A stretch of DNA of 64,000 nucleotides from Candidatus Bathyarchaeota archaeon (GCA_005883075.1 VBAX01000048.1:35475-99474); one strand, 5' to 3'; shown: positions 29,163-39,244, counted from the first letter of the stretch. Notes: generated by a model from the letters alone, not told the origin. A program made the numbers and translations.

Positions 29163-29923
29163 GCCGCTTTCACGCCTTCAATGACTTTGTCGACGATTTT
29201 CGCGCTCAACGAGAGTGTTCCGACCGCGACTCCGGTGACTACTGCTGCTGCGAGGATCGGGTTGAGTAGGAAGTTAGGGTCGAAGCCTAGGACCCATCTC
29301 GTCAGGTCCGCGCCGTAGGTCAAGGGGCTGAACACAGATATTGGTGAGTAGAAGCTGGGCATGAAGATGAGTGGGTAGAAGACTGTGCTGAACCGGACGA
29401 TCAGTGCTGATAGCCCGGCGAGGAATGCGCTGTAGAGGTCCACGGACTTGAATGCGATAAACGACATTGACACCATTATTCCCGTGATTCCGAGTCCGAG
29501 GAGAAACATCGAGATCATCGCGAAAACCGCGCCTTGAACGGTAAGATCGCCCACGAACCATAGGACGCCGATTAGGGGCGGGAGAACCTTGATCATCGTA
29601 TTCACGACTCCATAGATTGCCTGAGCTGCCAAGAATCCACCACGCGAGACCGGCAGGGAGAGAAAATAGGGCAATTCTCCTTCATGCGCATGCTCAACGA
29701 AGTGTCGGCCCACCTCGGCTCCAGAATCGAATACCGTAATCACCATCAGTCCGATTGCGTAGTAGAACAGGTAGTTGGGGACCGCTGTCGATACCAGCTT
29801 TGACATCAGGGACCCGTAGATCGCTATTTGTAGTCCGAAAAGCGCCCAGGCCAGAACGAACCAGGTTCTCAGCGATAAGAGCATCCGAACGTTGTATGCT
29901 GCGAGGGTCAGGACACGGTTCAT
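29159..29923 (-). CDS. ABC-2 type exporter permease
   Basis: STVFYP, SPLTY motifs; about six TM helices. Confidence 0.85.
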   Translation of the reverse strand: MNRVLTLAAYNVRMLLSLRTWFVLAWALFGLQIAIYGSLMSKLVSTAVPNYLFYYAIGLMVITVFDSGAEVGRHFVEHAHEGELPYFLSLPVSRGGFLAAQAIYGVVNTMIKVLPPLIGVLWFVGDLTVQGAVFAMISMFLLGLGITGIMVSMSFIAFKSVDLYSAFLAGLSALIVRFSTVFYPLIFMPSFYSPISVFSPLTYGADLTRWVLGFDPNFLLNPILAAAVVTGVAVGTLSLSAKIVDKVIEGVKAA

Positions 29924-30864
29924 GGCTGATCCGCCAAGGCTTTGCCTGTGAAGTGCAGAAACACATCATCCAGGGAAGGCTCGGTGATCCGGATAGACGC
30001 GATCTTCGCACCGGCCACATAACTTGCCGAGGTCATCTTCGGAACCCAGTCTTCCGCTTTCGATACCTTCGCACGCAACTGATTACCTTCCGGCGACAAG
30101 GATACGTCGCCGCCGAGCCCGTTGAGGCTCCCCACTAGCTTTTCAGAAACAGGGTCTTCGAAATCCACTTCAACAATATCTCCCCCAGCTATCGCATCCT
30201 TCAACTTCGGAATGGTATCGCACACTACCCGTTGGCCCTGGTGCAATATCGTCACCCTATCGGCAAGGTACTCTGCCTCCCGAACCTCGTTCGTCGCAAC
30301 TATAATCGTGGAACCTTGGTCGCGGAGCTCCCGGATCTTGTCCCATATCTTCCTCTTACCCCTAAGATCCACCTGGCTCGTAGGCTCGTCAAAGATCGCC
30401 AACTTAGGCTTCTGAATGAGGACCTTGGCAGTCTCCAGCCGTTTTGCTTGACCGCCCGACAAGTGCATGAACATCTTGTCACGCGACTCCCACAACTCCA
30501 GATCCTTCATCGTCCGCTCGATCAGATCCTGCCGCTTCGCAGGATCGATATCGAACATAGAAGCGTGAAACCTCAGAATCGAGGAGGGCTTGTGACGCCA
30601 AAACCCTCGCGCCTCTTGAAAGGCTATTCCCATGACTTCTCGAACCTTGGTCCCGTCCTCAACAACGTCAATCCCAACGACTTTGGCTGTGCCTGATGTC
30701 GGTTTCAGGATCGTGCAAAGGATCATCAAGAGGGTGGTCTTGCCGGAGCCGTTCGGGCCTAGAATTACCATTATCTCGCCCTCGTTGACCGTGAAGTTCA
30801 AGCCGCGAAGGGCGTCAGTTTTCCCGTACCTCTTCGAGAGGCTTAGCGTTTCCACTGCAAACAA
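29920..30864 (-). CDS. ABC exporter ATP-binding protein (DrrA-like)
   Basis: GPNGSGKTT, LSGGQ, FDEPT, PSLDDVF. Confidence 0.9.
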   Translation of the reverse strand: MFAVETLSLSKRYGKTDALRGLNFTVNEGEIMVILGPNGSGKTTLLMILCTILKPTSGTAKVVGIDVVEDGTKVREVMGIAFQEARGFWRHKPSSILRFHASMFDIDPAKRQDLIERTMKDLELWESRDKMFMHLSGGQAKRLETAKVLIQKPKLAIFDEPTSQVDLRGKRKIWDKIRELRDQGSTIIVATNEVREAEYLADRVTILHQGQRVVCDTIPKLKDAIAGGDIVEVDFEDPVSEKLVGSLNGLGGDVSLSPEGNQLRAKVSKAEDWVPKMTSASYVAGAKIASIRITEPSLDDVFLHFTGKALADQP

Positions 30865-30979
30865 GCTTGGGAAACGTCAGTTCGCGAGAATGCGCGATAA
30901 AAATGTTGAACCCACGCCACCGAGAATCCGGGCCCCATGTAACGCTCGGGAAGCTCAATAGAATGTTATCAACAAGCGG

Positions 30980-31882
30980 TTGAAAGCTCACGATATGAAA
31001 TTCGGCGTATGTGTACCAAACTACGGCGAATCTTCCTCGGCTGAGGTGCTACGAACGGTGGCTTTGGAGGCCGAAAATGCTGGCTGTGACTCTCTCTGGA
31101 CCACCGATCATGTCTTGATGCCGAGGAACAGTGGGACTCCGTATGAGAGAATCTTTGACAGCATCACAACTCTCGCTTACCTTGCCCCAATTACAAATCA
31201 TGTAAGACTTGGAATCTCGTCATTGATCATGGCGATACGAAACCCCGTCGTCGTTGCAAAACAACTCGCTACGATTGACAATCTAAGCGGGGGAAGACTC
31301 ATTCTCGCAGCCGGTGCCGGCTGGAACGAGAAAGAGTTCACTCATCTAGGCTCAAACTTCCACAATAGAGGCAAGAGGCTTGACGCGTCTATTCGACTGA
31401 TAAGAGCGCTATGGAAGGGAGAGGCAAGTTTCAAGAGCCGTGTTCTTGGGATCGAGTTCAGCGACGCAGTTTTCGATCCACGCCCACGTCAGAAGGATCT
31501 GACTGTCTGGATCGGTGGAACAAGTATGGCCGCGATGAGACGCGCGTTAACCCTTGGTGATGCATGGCATCCCAACGTTCAACCCCTCGACCAATTTGCA
31601 AAACTCATCAATGAGTTCAAGGAAATCTCTCAAGAAGCGAAAACCAAGCAGATCTGCGTCCGCATCGCAATAAACACAAAAGCTCAGCAGTCAGAATACA
31701 AGTCGCCGCAGGGAGAAAGAAGAATAATGCTATCCGCAAATCATGCTCAGAACAAAAACATGCTCTCAAATCTGGAACATCTAGGAGTCTCCTACATCAT
31801 TGCCGTGCCGAGCCCGGACGGGAAGGCAAGTGTAGCGAATCAAGTGGACGCGATCAAGACATTGTCGAAAGTTCTCAATTGA
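30980..31882 (+). CDS. LLM-class (probably F420-dependent) oxidoreductase
   Basis: W.TDH, RNP...AKQLATID.LSGGR, GAGW...EF, WIGG. Confidence 0.85.
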   Translation: MKAHDMKFGVCVPNYGESSSAEVLRTVALEAENAGCDSLWTTDHVLMPRNSGTPYERIFDSITTLAYLAPITNHVRLGISSLIMAIRNPVVVAKQLATIDNLSGGRLILAAGAGWNEKEFTHLGSNFHNRGKRLDASIRLIRALWKGEASFKSRVLGIEFSDAVFDPRPRQKDLTVWIGGTSMAAMRRALTLGDAWHPNVQPLDQFAKLINEFKEISQEAKTKQICVRIAINTKAQQSEYKSPQGERRIMLSANHAQNKNMLSNLEHLGVSYIIAVPSPDGKASVANQVDAIKTLSKVLN

Positions 31883-31897
31883 TCGGGAATTGATCGG
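31877..31897. repeat. 10-bp direct repeat AATTGATCGG (x2, 1-nt spacer) spanning the LLM gene stop codon
   Basis: Copies at 31877-31886 and 31888-31897. Confidence 0.6.
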
Positions 31898-31914
31898 CTG
31901 GAGTATCAAAAGTT

Positions 31915-31922
31915 CTTTAACC
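31915..31922 (+). promoter_or_regulatory. Putative TATA-box variant CTTTAACC
   Basis: 33 nt upstream of ATG 31955. Confidence 0.4.
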
Positions 31923-31954
31923 CAAGTCAGGTCCAAGCGGGCCTAGTAACTAGA

Positions 31955-32425
31955 ATGCTACCTACTGCTGGCGTAAACCGCGTCTTCGGTTTACTAGATC
32001 TTTTGAAAGCGTACAATGGAAAGACGGACATCGCCACTCTAACCATCGACCTGCGCATCGATCTTGACGAGCTTCTTCCGATTATCGATACCGCGGAATA
32101 TCTCGGGCTCGTCACTGTCAAGGAGGGTGAGATCTCCCTGACAGAGCTAGGAACCAAGGCCCTAAACAACAGGATAGCTGAACGGAAAAAACTCGTCCAC
32201 CAGCGCTTGGAAACGCTCGAACCATTCTCCGACATCGCAAAACTGCTTAAGGAACAAGGACAAGTCACACGGTTCACCCTGGCCCGTTTCATCAGCTCAA
32301 AGTACGGCCCTACTCTCGACATACCAGCTTTGATCAGCATAATCATCAGCTGGGGGGTCTTCACAGGCCTTTTCGGATACGATGGTCAGTCCGAACGATT
32401 ATTGCCGAAAGCTCACATTCACTAG
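31955..32425 (+). CDS. Stand-alone C-terminal AAA-associated (wHTH) domain of NitT/TauT ABC ATPases
   Basis: LP......GLL, D+DELLP..D.AE.LG, I.LT..G, I.WG....LF.YD pattern. Confidence 0.7.
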   Translation: MLPTAGVNRVFGLLDLLKAYNGKTDIATLTIDLRIDLDELLPIIDTAEYLGLVTVKEGEISLTELGTKALNNRIAERKKLVHQRLETLEPFSDIAKLLKEQGQVTRFTLARFISSKYGPTLDIPALISIIISWGVFTGLFGYDGQSERLLPKAHIH

Positions 32426-33183
32426 CTGATCTTCGAGATTATCCGATCGGCGAGATCGTACAGCGTCGGGTCACGAGGGCTCCTCGGTCGCTCGAGATCA
32501 ATCTTGACATCATCAACTATTTTCGCTGGCCTCGCGCTCAACACGATCACCCGGTCAGCCATTTCAACAGCCTCCTGAACGTTGTGCGTGACCATTATCA
32601 CCGAACCAGTAGGGTAGGCCGGGTCCCTCCAAATCTCCACGACCTCGCGCCGTAGGTTCTCGGCTGTCAACGCGTCGAGGCTGGAGAACGGCTCGTCCAT
32701 CAACAACACCTCCGGCTGGAGCGCGAGGGCACGGGCTATTCCAACCCGCTGCTTCATTCCACCTGACAACTCCTTCGGATAGGAAGACTCAAACCCTTCC
32801 AAGCCAACATCCTGAATATACTTCTGCGCGATCTTCAGCTGTTCCTCTTTCTGGATTGAGGCGGATGAGATCGACATCAACACGTTTCCAAGCACAGTCT
32901 TCCATGGAATGAGGGCGAAGGTCTGAAAGATCACCCCGATCTTCGGGCTCGGACTCGTGATGGGGTGGGCATGAAACAACACCTGACCGCTCGTCGGCTT
33001 GTCAAGCCCATCAATAATCCGGAGCAAAGTGCTCTTGCCGCAGCCTGAAGGCCCGACAATGCACAGAAACTCCTTGTAAACATCGAATGAAATATGGTCG
33101 AGTACTGTTGTGCTCTTGCCCTCCCCTGGATAGATTTTTGTAATATCCTTGATCTGCAGTATAGGTTCAGGGGGCTGGCTCAA
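32422..33183 (-). CDS. NitT/TauT-family ABC transporter ATP-binding protein
   Basis: GPSGCGKST, YPKELSGGMKQR, MDEPF, VTHN. Confidence 0.92.
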   Translation of the reverse strand: MSQPPEPILQIKDITKIYPGEGKSTTVLDHISFDVYKEFLCIVGPSGCGKSTLLRIIDGLDKPTSGQVLFHAHPITSPSPKIGVIFQTFALIPWKTVLGNVLMSISSASIQKEEQLKIAQKYIQDVGLEGFESSYPKELSGGMKQRVGIARALALQPEVLLMDEPFSSLDALTAENLRREVVEIWRDPAYPTGSVIMVTHNVQEAVEMADRVIVLSARPAKIVDDVKIDLERPRSPRDPTLYDLADRIISKIS

Positions 33184-33187
33184 CTAG

Positions 33188-35035
33188 CTATGCCTCGAAT
33201 TTGTATCTATCGGCTTTACGCAGCAATCGCCTCCAGACCAGCCGGTTAATTATCAGCACCGTCGCGGTCATGACCAGAAGAGAGGCATAGATCTCAACAG
33301 TTGCAAGTGCAGGGTTCCTTGTTGAGGCTTGAACTAGAAAAGAACCCAACCCGGGGACATTAGCGTTGGGTCCGATGTACTCGGAGACTATCAGAGCGTT
33401 CCAGCCCCCGCCCCAGGCCTGTATGCTTCCAATGAGGATTGCGGGAAAAGATGCCGGGATTAGGATCTCTTTAACAAACCGTCGGCCTCGAATTCGATAA
33501 GCTGTCGTCGCTTCCAATATATCATTCGGGACACCGTTTACCGCACCAACGATATTGAACAGCAAATACCACTGCATACCTGTGAGAATTAGGAGCACTG
33601 AAGCTAGGTTCAGTGTGAACCCTAGATAGGGGCTGTTTTTGAACGGATCAACTAGCAGTATTACAACCAGTGGGAATAGGGCCGTCGCGGGAATAGATTG
33701 TCCGATGTCGAAGATTGGCACGAGCAGTCTAGAGAGCCTCTGGCTTCTAGCTATCAATATTCCTGCACCCAGGGTCCATGAGAGGGCAATCGCGTACGCG
33801 ATAACCAACCTCGACAACGATAGAACGGTAATTACGACAAGCTCGAAGGCTGTAACATCTGTCGCGAGTAGGGAAATTCCGCTCTCAATAGATTGGGATC
33901 GCGAAATAATCGTGACGATAAGGCCCAGGATAACTAGTCCAATGAATATCGTGTAGCTGAGGAGTCTTCCCCATAATGGTATTCTAGTTATCCTTTCTGG
34001 GAATCTCAGCCTCTCTGTTATGTGGCGTATTCGTTTCAAACGAGTGATCTCCAGAACTCGTGCCGCGTAGTACCGTTCAGACTTGAAGAAAGTGAGAACC
34101 GGTGAGACCAGACGGTCCTCATATCTTCTCACACCGGCAACTACAGAACTCTGCCGCGTTGCGGTTGTCCTGGGAGCGGCGACTGTTTCGTACTTGTATT
34201 TCTCCGCCCTCACGCCCAGAGGCTTCCAGATCAAACGGTCAACGGCGAGTATGATGCCTACGAGCACAATGAGCCCAAAGAGCGCCAGTCCTAGGTCCGC
34301 CTTCAAGGCAGCCAGCGCGATGTACCTCCCTATTCCGGGAAGGTCTACCTGGGTCTGATTAGGGGGTTGCCCGAAGGAAAGGTGCTCTTCGACGGGTATG
34401 AGATACCATCCTCCACCCCACGCAAGGATGCTGCTCCATACAAGTTCAGGGAATACTGCAGGGAGAACTATCTGTCGTAGGTAGCGAGTGCCACGCATTC
34501 CATACGCGTGAGCTGCTTCCTTGATGTCTGTTGGGATTGCGTTTATTCCTGCTATAACCCCGAATGTAGGGGCCCAAGCCATTGCAGTGAAGATCAGTAT
34601 GATGGAAGCGACTTCTTGGTTGAGTTCAGGGGGAGGAGTGGTCCCTGTCCCTGTTCCCAAGATGATCAGGAACACTACAGGTACTACTCCTAGAACCGGG
34701 ACTGACTGGAAGATGTCGAGCAAGGGCAAGAGGACGTGGGACGCCCGATGGCTCATTGCCGTTGCGATTCCATATGCTAAGGCAAAGGCGAGTGCAAAAA
34801 CGTACGCGATTGTCATTCGGGTAAGAGTTCGAACAGCATACCCCGGAATACACAATGGGTCGAGAGGATTTCTCTGACAGTTCGGAGTCAGCCCCCCGGT
34901 CAGTAGCTCGATCATCAAAGCTACAATCGCTACAGCAGCGATTCCGCTCAGGAATATCTTGGTGAGAAAAGAGACTGTTCTCCCGGCCAAGGACGAGGCC
35001 ACGCGTTTTCTAAGGCTCGGCCTTGGCACATGCAA
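33188..35035 (-). CDS. NitT/TauT-family ABC permease with two fused TM domains
   Basis: Two DIxQS(V/I)P motifs and two EAA-like loops. Confidence 0.88.
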   Translation of the reverse strand: MHVPRPSLRKRVASSLAGRTVSFLTKIFLSGIAAVAIVALMIELLTGGLTPNCQRNPLDPLCIPGYAVRTLTRMTIAYVFALAFALAYGIATAMSHRASHVLLPLLDIFQSVPVLGVVPVVFLIILGTGTGTTPPPELNQEVASIILIFTAMAWAPTFGVIAGINAIPTDIKEAAHAYGMRGTRYLRQIVLPAVFPELVWSSILAWGGGWYLIPVEEHLSFGQPPNQTQVDLPGIGRYIALAALKADLGLALFGLIVLVGIILAVDRLIWKPLGVRAEKYKYETVAAPRTTATRQSSVVAGVRRYEDRLVSPVLTFFKSERYYAARVLEITRLKRIRHITERLRFPERITRIPLWGRLLSYTIFIGLVILGLIVTIISRSQSIESGISLLATDVTAFELVVITVLSLSRLVIAYAIALSWTLGAGILIARSQRLSRLLVPIFDIGQSIPATALFPLVVILLVDPFKNSPYLGFTLNLASVLLILTGMQWYLLFNIVGAVNGVPNDILEATTAYRIRGRRFVKEILIPASFPAILIGSIQAWGGGWNALIVSEYIGPNANVPGLGSFLVQASTRNPALATVEIYASLLVMTATVLIINRLVWRRLLRKADRYKFEA

Positions 35036-35175
35036 AATGAACGCTATCCGATATTCTTAGAAAAATGCACGAGTGCATCTCGTTATAAAAGGGCAACAAG
35101 ATCGATGATTCGAGCAACTCCTCTCCAATCTTCTCGAGTGATGTGCGAACACCTTGTGGAATAGTGAGTTGTGAG

Positions 35176-35318
35176 TGGTGGGGCCGGTGGGATTTGAACC
35201 CACGACCTCTGGCCCCGATTTCTCGGGGTCGCCAGCGCCCCAGGGTCACCGTCCAAGATTGGACTCTGGTATCCTCTGGGCGGGGTCAATCCCCTTGACC
35301 AAGCTAGACGACGGCCCC
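35176..35318 (-). tRNA. tRNA-Pro(GGG) with three introns (35276-35295, 35245-35265, 35207-35229); CCA encoded
   Basis: Removing three BHB-flanked hairpins gives GGGGCCG TC GTCT AGCTTGGTCAA GGAT A CCAGC CTGGGGC GCTGG CGGTC GTGGG TTCAAAT CCCAC CGGCCCC A CCA. Confidence 0.92.
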
Positions 35319-35403
35319 TAAGTTCGGAATCGAATCGGGCTGCTTTTCTGTGTTATGCTCAGAGCTCCTCAAACAGTCGATCACAATGGAGGGAAGAAGC
35401 GAT

Positions 35404-35862
35404 CTACTGAGACGTGGGAACGGCCATCTGCATGACCGTTTCTTCGACGGGATATCCTTCCTTTCTCCATCCTTCCATCCCATCGAGCATCTCCTTCACC
35501 CTGAAACCGAGAGCCGTCAGTTTCGCAGCTGCCTTGGTGGAGGCGTTGCAGAAGACCCCGTCGCAATAAGTTACTATGACCTTGTCTCGGGGCAAGGAAC
35601 CGGTTGTGGAAGAGTCGATAGTTCGGTGGGGCATGTTGATGCTTCCTGGAACATGCCCTCGGGCGTGCGCCTCGGGGGTTCTGGCATCGATCACCAGTAT
35701 TCTAGAGACCTTGTTCGTGATGTCGTGGTAGACATCTGAGGGGTCAGTTTCGAACGAGAGTTTCGATCGGAAATGACTATTGGCGATCGAGGATTCAGCT
35801 GGTGCGTTCTCTAGTACCTTAGAGGCCGGTTGAATAAGAGATTCATTCGCGCGGTCTGACAT
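35404..35862 (-). CDS. Rhodanese-like domain protein
   Basis: IDAR, GHVPG, YCDGVFC, GMEGW. Confidence 0.88.
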   Translation of the reverse strand: MSDRANESLIQPASKVLENAPAESSIANSHFRSKLSFETDPSDVYHDITNKVSRILVIDARTPEAHARGHVPGSINMPHRTIDSSTTGSLPRDKVIVTYCDGVFCNASTKAAAKLTALGFRVKEMLDGMEGWRKEGYPVEETVMQMAVPTSQ

Positions 35863-35894
35863 TGTGGGTCTTGGGATATAGGTAGAATGACTTT

Positions 35895-36440
35895 CTACTT
35901 ATTTGTTGTTTGAACAGAAACTTGCTGTTGTGTAGAGACTGGGATCGGGTGAGGCCTGTGCGTGCGATAGGTTGCGAGCGCTCCCAGTCCGCTGATAACC
36001 AAGAGAGTTGCTATTGGAAAGACTGGAACGACGAGGAGAGTTGCGACCAGACGGTCAACTGGTATGACCAGGGGCGCAGTGTAGACCTGAGAGAAGCGAA
36101 GGGGGATAGCTTGCAGACTCGCAGTTCTGGCTGATTGCTCCAGCACTCTGGCGTAAAGCACACCGATGCCGAAGGTTGCCAGACCTCCCAAAATGTTGAT
36201 TGCGCCGCCTAGACGGGTATACCTAGCTAGCATTAGACCGCTTCCAATCAAGACTATGAACGCGACGCTGAACTGGAGGAGCATTAGGTTCTCAGATTGA
36301 TCTGAGGCAAGATTGACTGTTGAGGAAAGGTTGTAGCCGAACAGAGCCCAGCCTATAGCAAGAAGACTGGCGAACACCCCTAGACCACCTGCTAGTAACG
36401 ATCTAGAATGTCCAACTCGCACGGGGTTTACTTTGGTCAA
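35895..36440 (-). CDS. Membrane protein
   Basis: About four TM helices. Confidence 0.6.
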   Translation of the reverse strand: MTKVNPVRVGHSRSLLAGGLGVFASLLAIGWALFGYNLSSTVNLASDQSENLMLLQFSVAFIVLIGSGLMLARYTRLGGAINILGGLATFGIGVLYARVLEQSARTASLQAIPLRFSQVYTAPLVIPVDRLVATLLVVPVFPIATLLVISGLGALATYRTHRPHPIPVSTQQQVSVQTTNK

Positions 36441-36489
36441 TATTGCAGTCTGCGCCTGCAGTGGTGGTCTATCGGATAAGTCTTACAGA

Positions 36490-37836
36490 CTAACTCGTGA
36501 AGGATTCCAGCATCTTGCCGAGGCTTACTCCCTTCCGTTTTGCTTCTTTCAACAAAACCTTCTGGACGCCACTGGAGTATTGCACAGCCTTTTTCGGCCG
36601 GTCTACAACGCTATCCGGCAGTCCTAGGTGAGCGGCAAGTTTTCTTAGAATATATTTTCGTATCACCTTTCCATCAGAACGGTTGACTCGTAGAGCGGAA
36701 GGCAGCTTCAAAGCGTACTCGACAAGTGGAAGATACGCGAACGGGCAGCAAAGCTCGAGACCGGCCGCAACAGCCAGCTTATCTCCGGGATCAAAGTCTT
36801 TGACAGAAGCGGCAACAACGCTGTCGAACATTTCTCTTCCAAGGTTCTCGGTCCCGTCTCTCAGAGCGACTTCTTCGAACTTTCCGTAGCCCCCGAACAG
36901 CTCATCGCTGAGCTGGCCAGCCGCGATATAGTTCAGGCCTATCTCGCGCGCTTTTTGACAGGCAAAATAGATAGGAACCGAGATCCCGACAATCACTGGA
37001 TCTGTGGTCTCGATGATCTGGACAACATCTGGCAATGAGTCGAGTATATCTGAGCTCGACAATTCGCTAATGTCGAGGTGGAGTCCGAAACTTTTCGCGG
37101 TTCTTTCAGCGTGGCCTAGTTCTTGTTGACCTTTCAGCCCCACCGAGATCAATTCTGGCTCTAGACCTGACCGCTTCGCTACGTGGGCAACGAGGGCGCT
37201 GTCTAATCCACCCGAGAACGCGATTCCGGAACCTCGCGGCACAACCCTGCCGACCGCCTCTGTGAAGAGCTCGTCCAAGGTCCGAGTTGCATCCGACTCA
37301 TCTATCGATTGGTCCTCTGGCTGCTTCAGCGAATAATCATTCAGAACCTCGTACCCTCGCGCGGTGGCTCGGATCACCTTGCCCGGGGGAACGGGTTCGG
37401 GCTCTCGGATGCCCATTGAGACGAGGGGAAATCGAAGGCTCGCAAAGGCGACAGCTCCCTCTTGCGTCTGTCCAAAATAGAGCGGTTTCTGTCCAATGAT
37501 GTCCCTTCCTGCGATCAGTTGATTCTGGAGCGAGGTCAAGAAAGAGAAGGCTCCGGGCGTTTGTATGAGACGGCTTGGACCCGCTGGGCCGGCCTGGTTA
37601 GGTCTTGTATCATCGCTGAAAATAACGCCGTCGAGGGCTAGCGGCACTGCTTGACGAGTGAATGATAGTGCACCCGTGGGGTCGCAGATTCCAATCACGA
37701 TTTTTTTTCCATCGGCGACGCTTTGTGATAGTCTTCGAGATTTTGTTCCGCGGTTCCGCATTAGGGAGAGGATATTCTTCGCTTTCGATTCGAGATCGTC
37801 CAATTCTCGTCCTATGAGGCCGCAGATGCCCGTCAT
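36490..37836 (-). CDS. Asparagine synthetase B-like protein with a degenerate glutaminase domain
   Basis: RD.IG.KPLY, FSGGLDS, DELFGGY, RPKKAVQYSSG; N-terminus MTGICG. Confidence 0.8.
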   Translation of the reverse strand: MTGICGLIGRELDDLESKAKNILSLMRNRGTKSRRLSQSVADGKKIVIGICDPTGALSFTRQAVPLALDGVIFSDDTRPNQAGPAGPSRLIQTPGAFSFLTSLQNQLIAGRDIIGQKPLYFGQTQEGAVAFASLRFPLVSMGIREPEPVPPGKVIRATARGYEVLNDYSLKQPEDQSIDESDATRTLDELFTEAVGRVVPRGSGIAFSGGLDSALVAHVAKRSGLEPELISVGLKGQQELGHAERTAKSFGLHLDISELSSSDILDSLPDVVQIIETTDPVIVGISVPIYFACQKAREIGLNYIAAGQLSDELFGGYGKFEEVALRDGTENLGREMFDSVVAASVKDFDPGDKLAVAAGLELCCPFAYLPLVEYALKLPSALRVNRSDGKVIRKYILRKLAAHLGLPDSVVDRPKKAVQYSSGVQKVLLKEAKRKGVSLGKMLESFTS

Positions 37837-37906
37837 TATTCCTCTATTTTTCTTCGGAGTTGTTTAATATGATAGGCTAGTTGTTTCTCTGTTCGAGTCG
37901 GTAAGA

Positions 37907-39244
37907 TTGCCCATTCTTCCAATTGACACGGGTCGTTACGGCAGTCCGGAGATGAGGAGAATCTTCGAGGAAGAAAACAAACTCCAACGATGGTTAGACG
38001 TGGAGGCGGCGGTTGCAGAAGCACAAGCCTTTGTCGGCGACATTCCGAAGGAGGCGGCGGAGGAAATCGGACGAAACGCCAACACGAAGATAGTGACGCT
38101 TGATCATGTCAAAGGGATCGAGAAGGAGATTCGCCATGATCTCATGTCGATGGTTGTAGCACTTTCGGAAGCTTGTACGGGCGAGGGACGCAAGTACGTA
38201 CACTATGGCCTCACAAGCTACGATATTGAGGATACTGCAACAGCGCTTCAGTTCAAGGAGGCGTTCTCGATCCTGGAGAAACGACTTGGCGGGCTTGAGG
38301 AGATCATCGTTTCACTGGTACGTAAACACAGAGCTCTATTGATCGTCGGCCGGACCCACGGACGCCACGCCGGAGTCATCACACTTGGACTCAAATTCGC
38401 AGTCTGGCTAGAGGAGGTTCGAAGATACCAGCAGAGGCTGAAGCAGGTCAAAGAAAGGGTTCTTGTTGGCAAGATTCTGGGAATAGTTGGAAATGGTGCT
38501 GGGCTCGGGAAAAACGTGCTGAAGATTCAAGAAAGAGCGCTAAGCAAGCTGGGACTCAAACCAGCGGGCCTCGTTACACAAGTCATCCAGCGAGATCTGC
38601 ACGCCGAAACCATCTGTTATCTCTCTCTACTCGGATCGAGCCTTGACAAGTTTGCAACGGAGATCCGGAACCTCCAGAGGAGCGAGATCTCAGAGGTAAT
38701 GGAGCCGTTTGAGCGAGAAAAACAGGTTGGAAGCTCGGCTTTACCATCGAAGAGGAATCCGGAACTCAGCGAAAGGGTCTCAAGCATAGCGAAGCTGATG
38801 CGAGGCCTAGTCATTCCAGCTCTGGAGAATATTCCTCTCTGGCACGAACGGGACATATCCAACTCTGCCAGCGAACGCTTCATCTTTCCAATGTCTTTCA
38901 TTCTTGCCGACGAAATGCTCCGACTTGTAACTCGCGTCCTAGAGGGGTTGGAAGTCCTGCCCGAGAACATGGAACGAAACCTTGAGCTATCACAAGGCGC
39001 ATTGCTTGCGGAGAGAATTGTGAACTCGTTGGTGGAGACAGGAGTTCCAAGACAAGACGCTCATGAAAGGATCAGAAAGATCTCGATCAAGGCCCTTGAC
39101 AACAAGATCCCCTTCTCAAAAGTCCTGCTCGAAGACAAGTTCATCTCGAAAAGGCTGAAACCCAAAGAGATCAAAGAAGCACTCGACTATCACACCTACC
39201 TCGGCGTAACGCGCGAACTAGTCAACTCTGCTTTGAAGGAATAA
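37907..39244 (+). CDS. purB: Adenylosuccinate lyase
   Basis: H.GLTS.D, GRTHG.HA, GSSALPSKRNP, WHERD. Confidence 0.92.
   Translation: MPILPIDTGRYGSPEMRRIFEEENKLQRWLDVEAAVAEAQAFVGDIPKEAAEEIGRNANTKIVTLDHVKGIEKEIRHDLMSMVVALSEACTGEGRKYVHYGLTSYDIEDTATALQFKEAFSILEKRLGGLEEIIVSLVRKHRALLIVGRTHGRHAGVITLGLKFAVWLEEVRRYQQRLKQVKERVLVGKILGIVGNGAGLGKNVLKIQERALSKLGLKPAGLVTQVIQRDLHAETICYLSLLGSSLDKFATEIRNLQRSEISEVMEPFEREKQVGSSALPSKRNPELSERVSSIAKLMRGLVIPALENIPLWHERDISNSASERFIFPMSFILADEMLRLVTRVLEGLEVLPENMERNLELSQGALLAERIVNSLVETGVPRQDAHERIRKISIKALDNKIPFSKVLLEDKFISKRLKPKEIKEALDYHTYLGVTRELVNSALKE

Noticed and set aside
30906..30916. TTGAACCCACG matching the tRNA-Pro T-arm, as a possible att site
   Set aside because: Only 11 bp, plausible by chance; no integrase in the window
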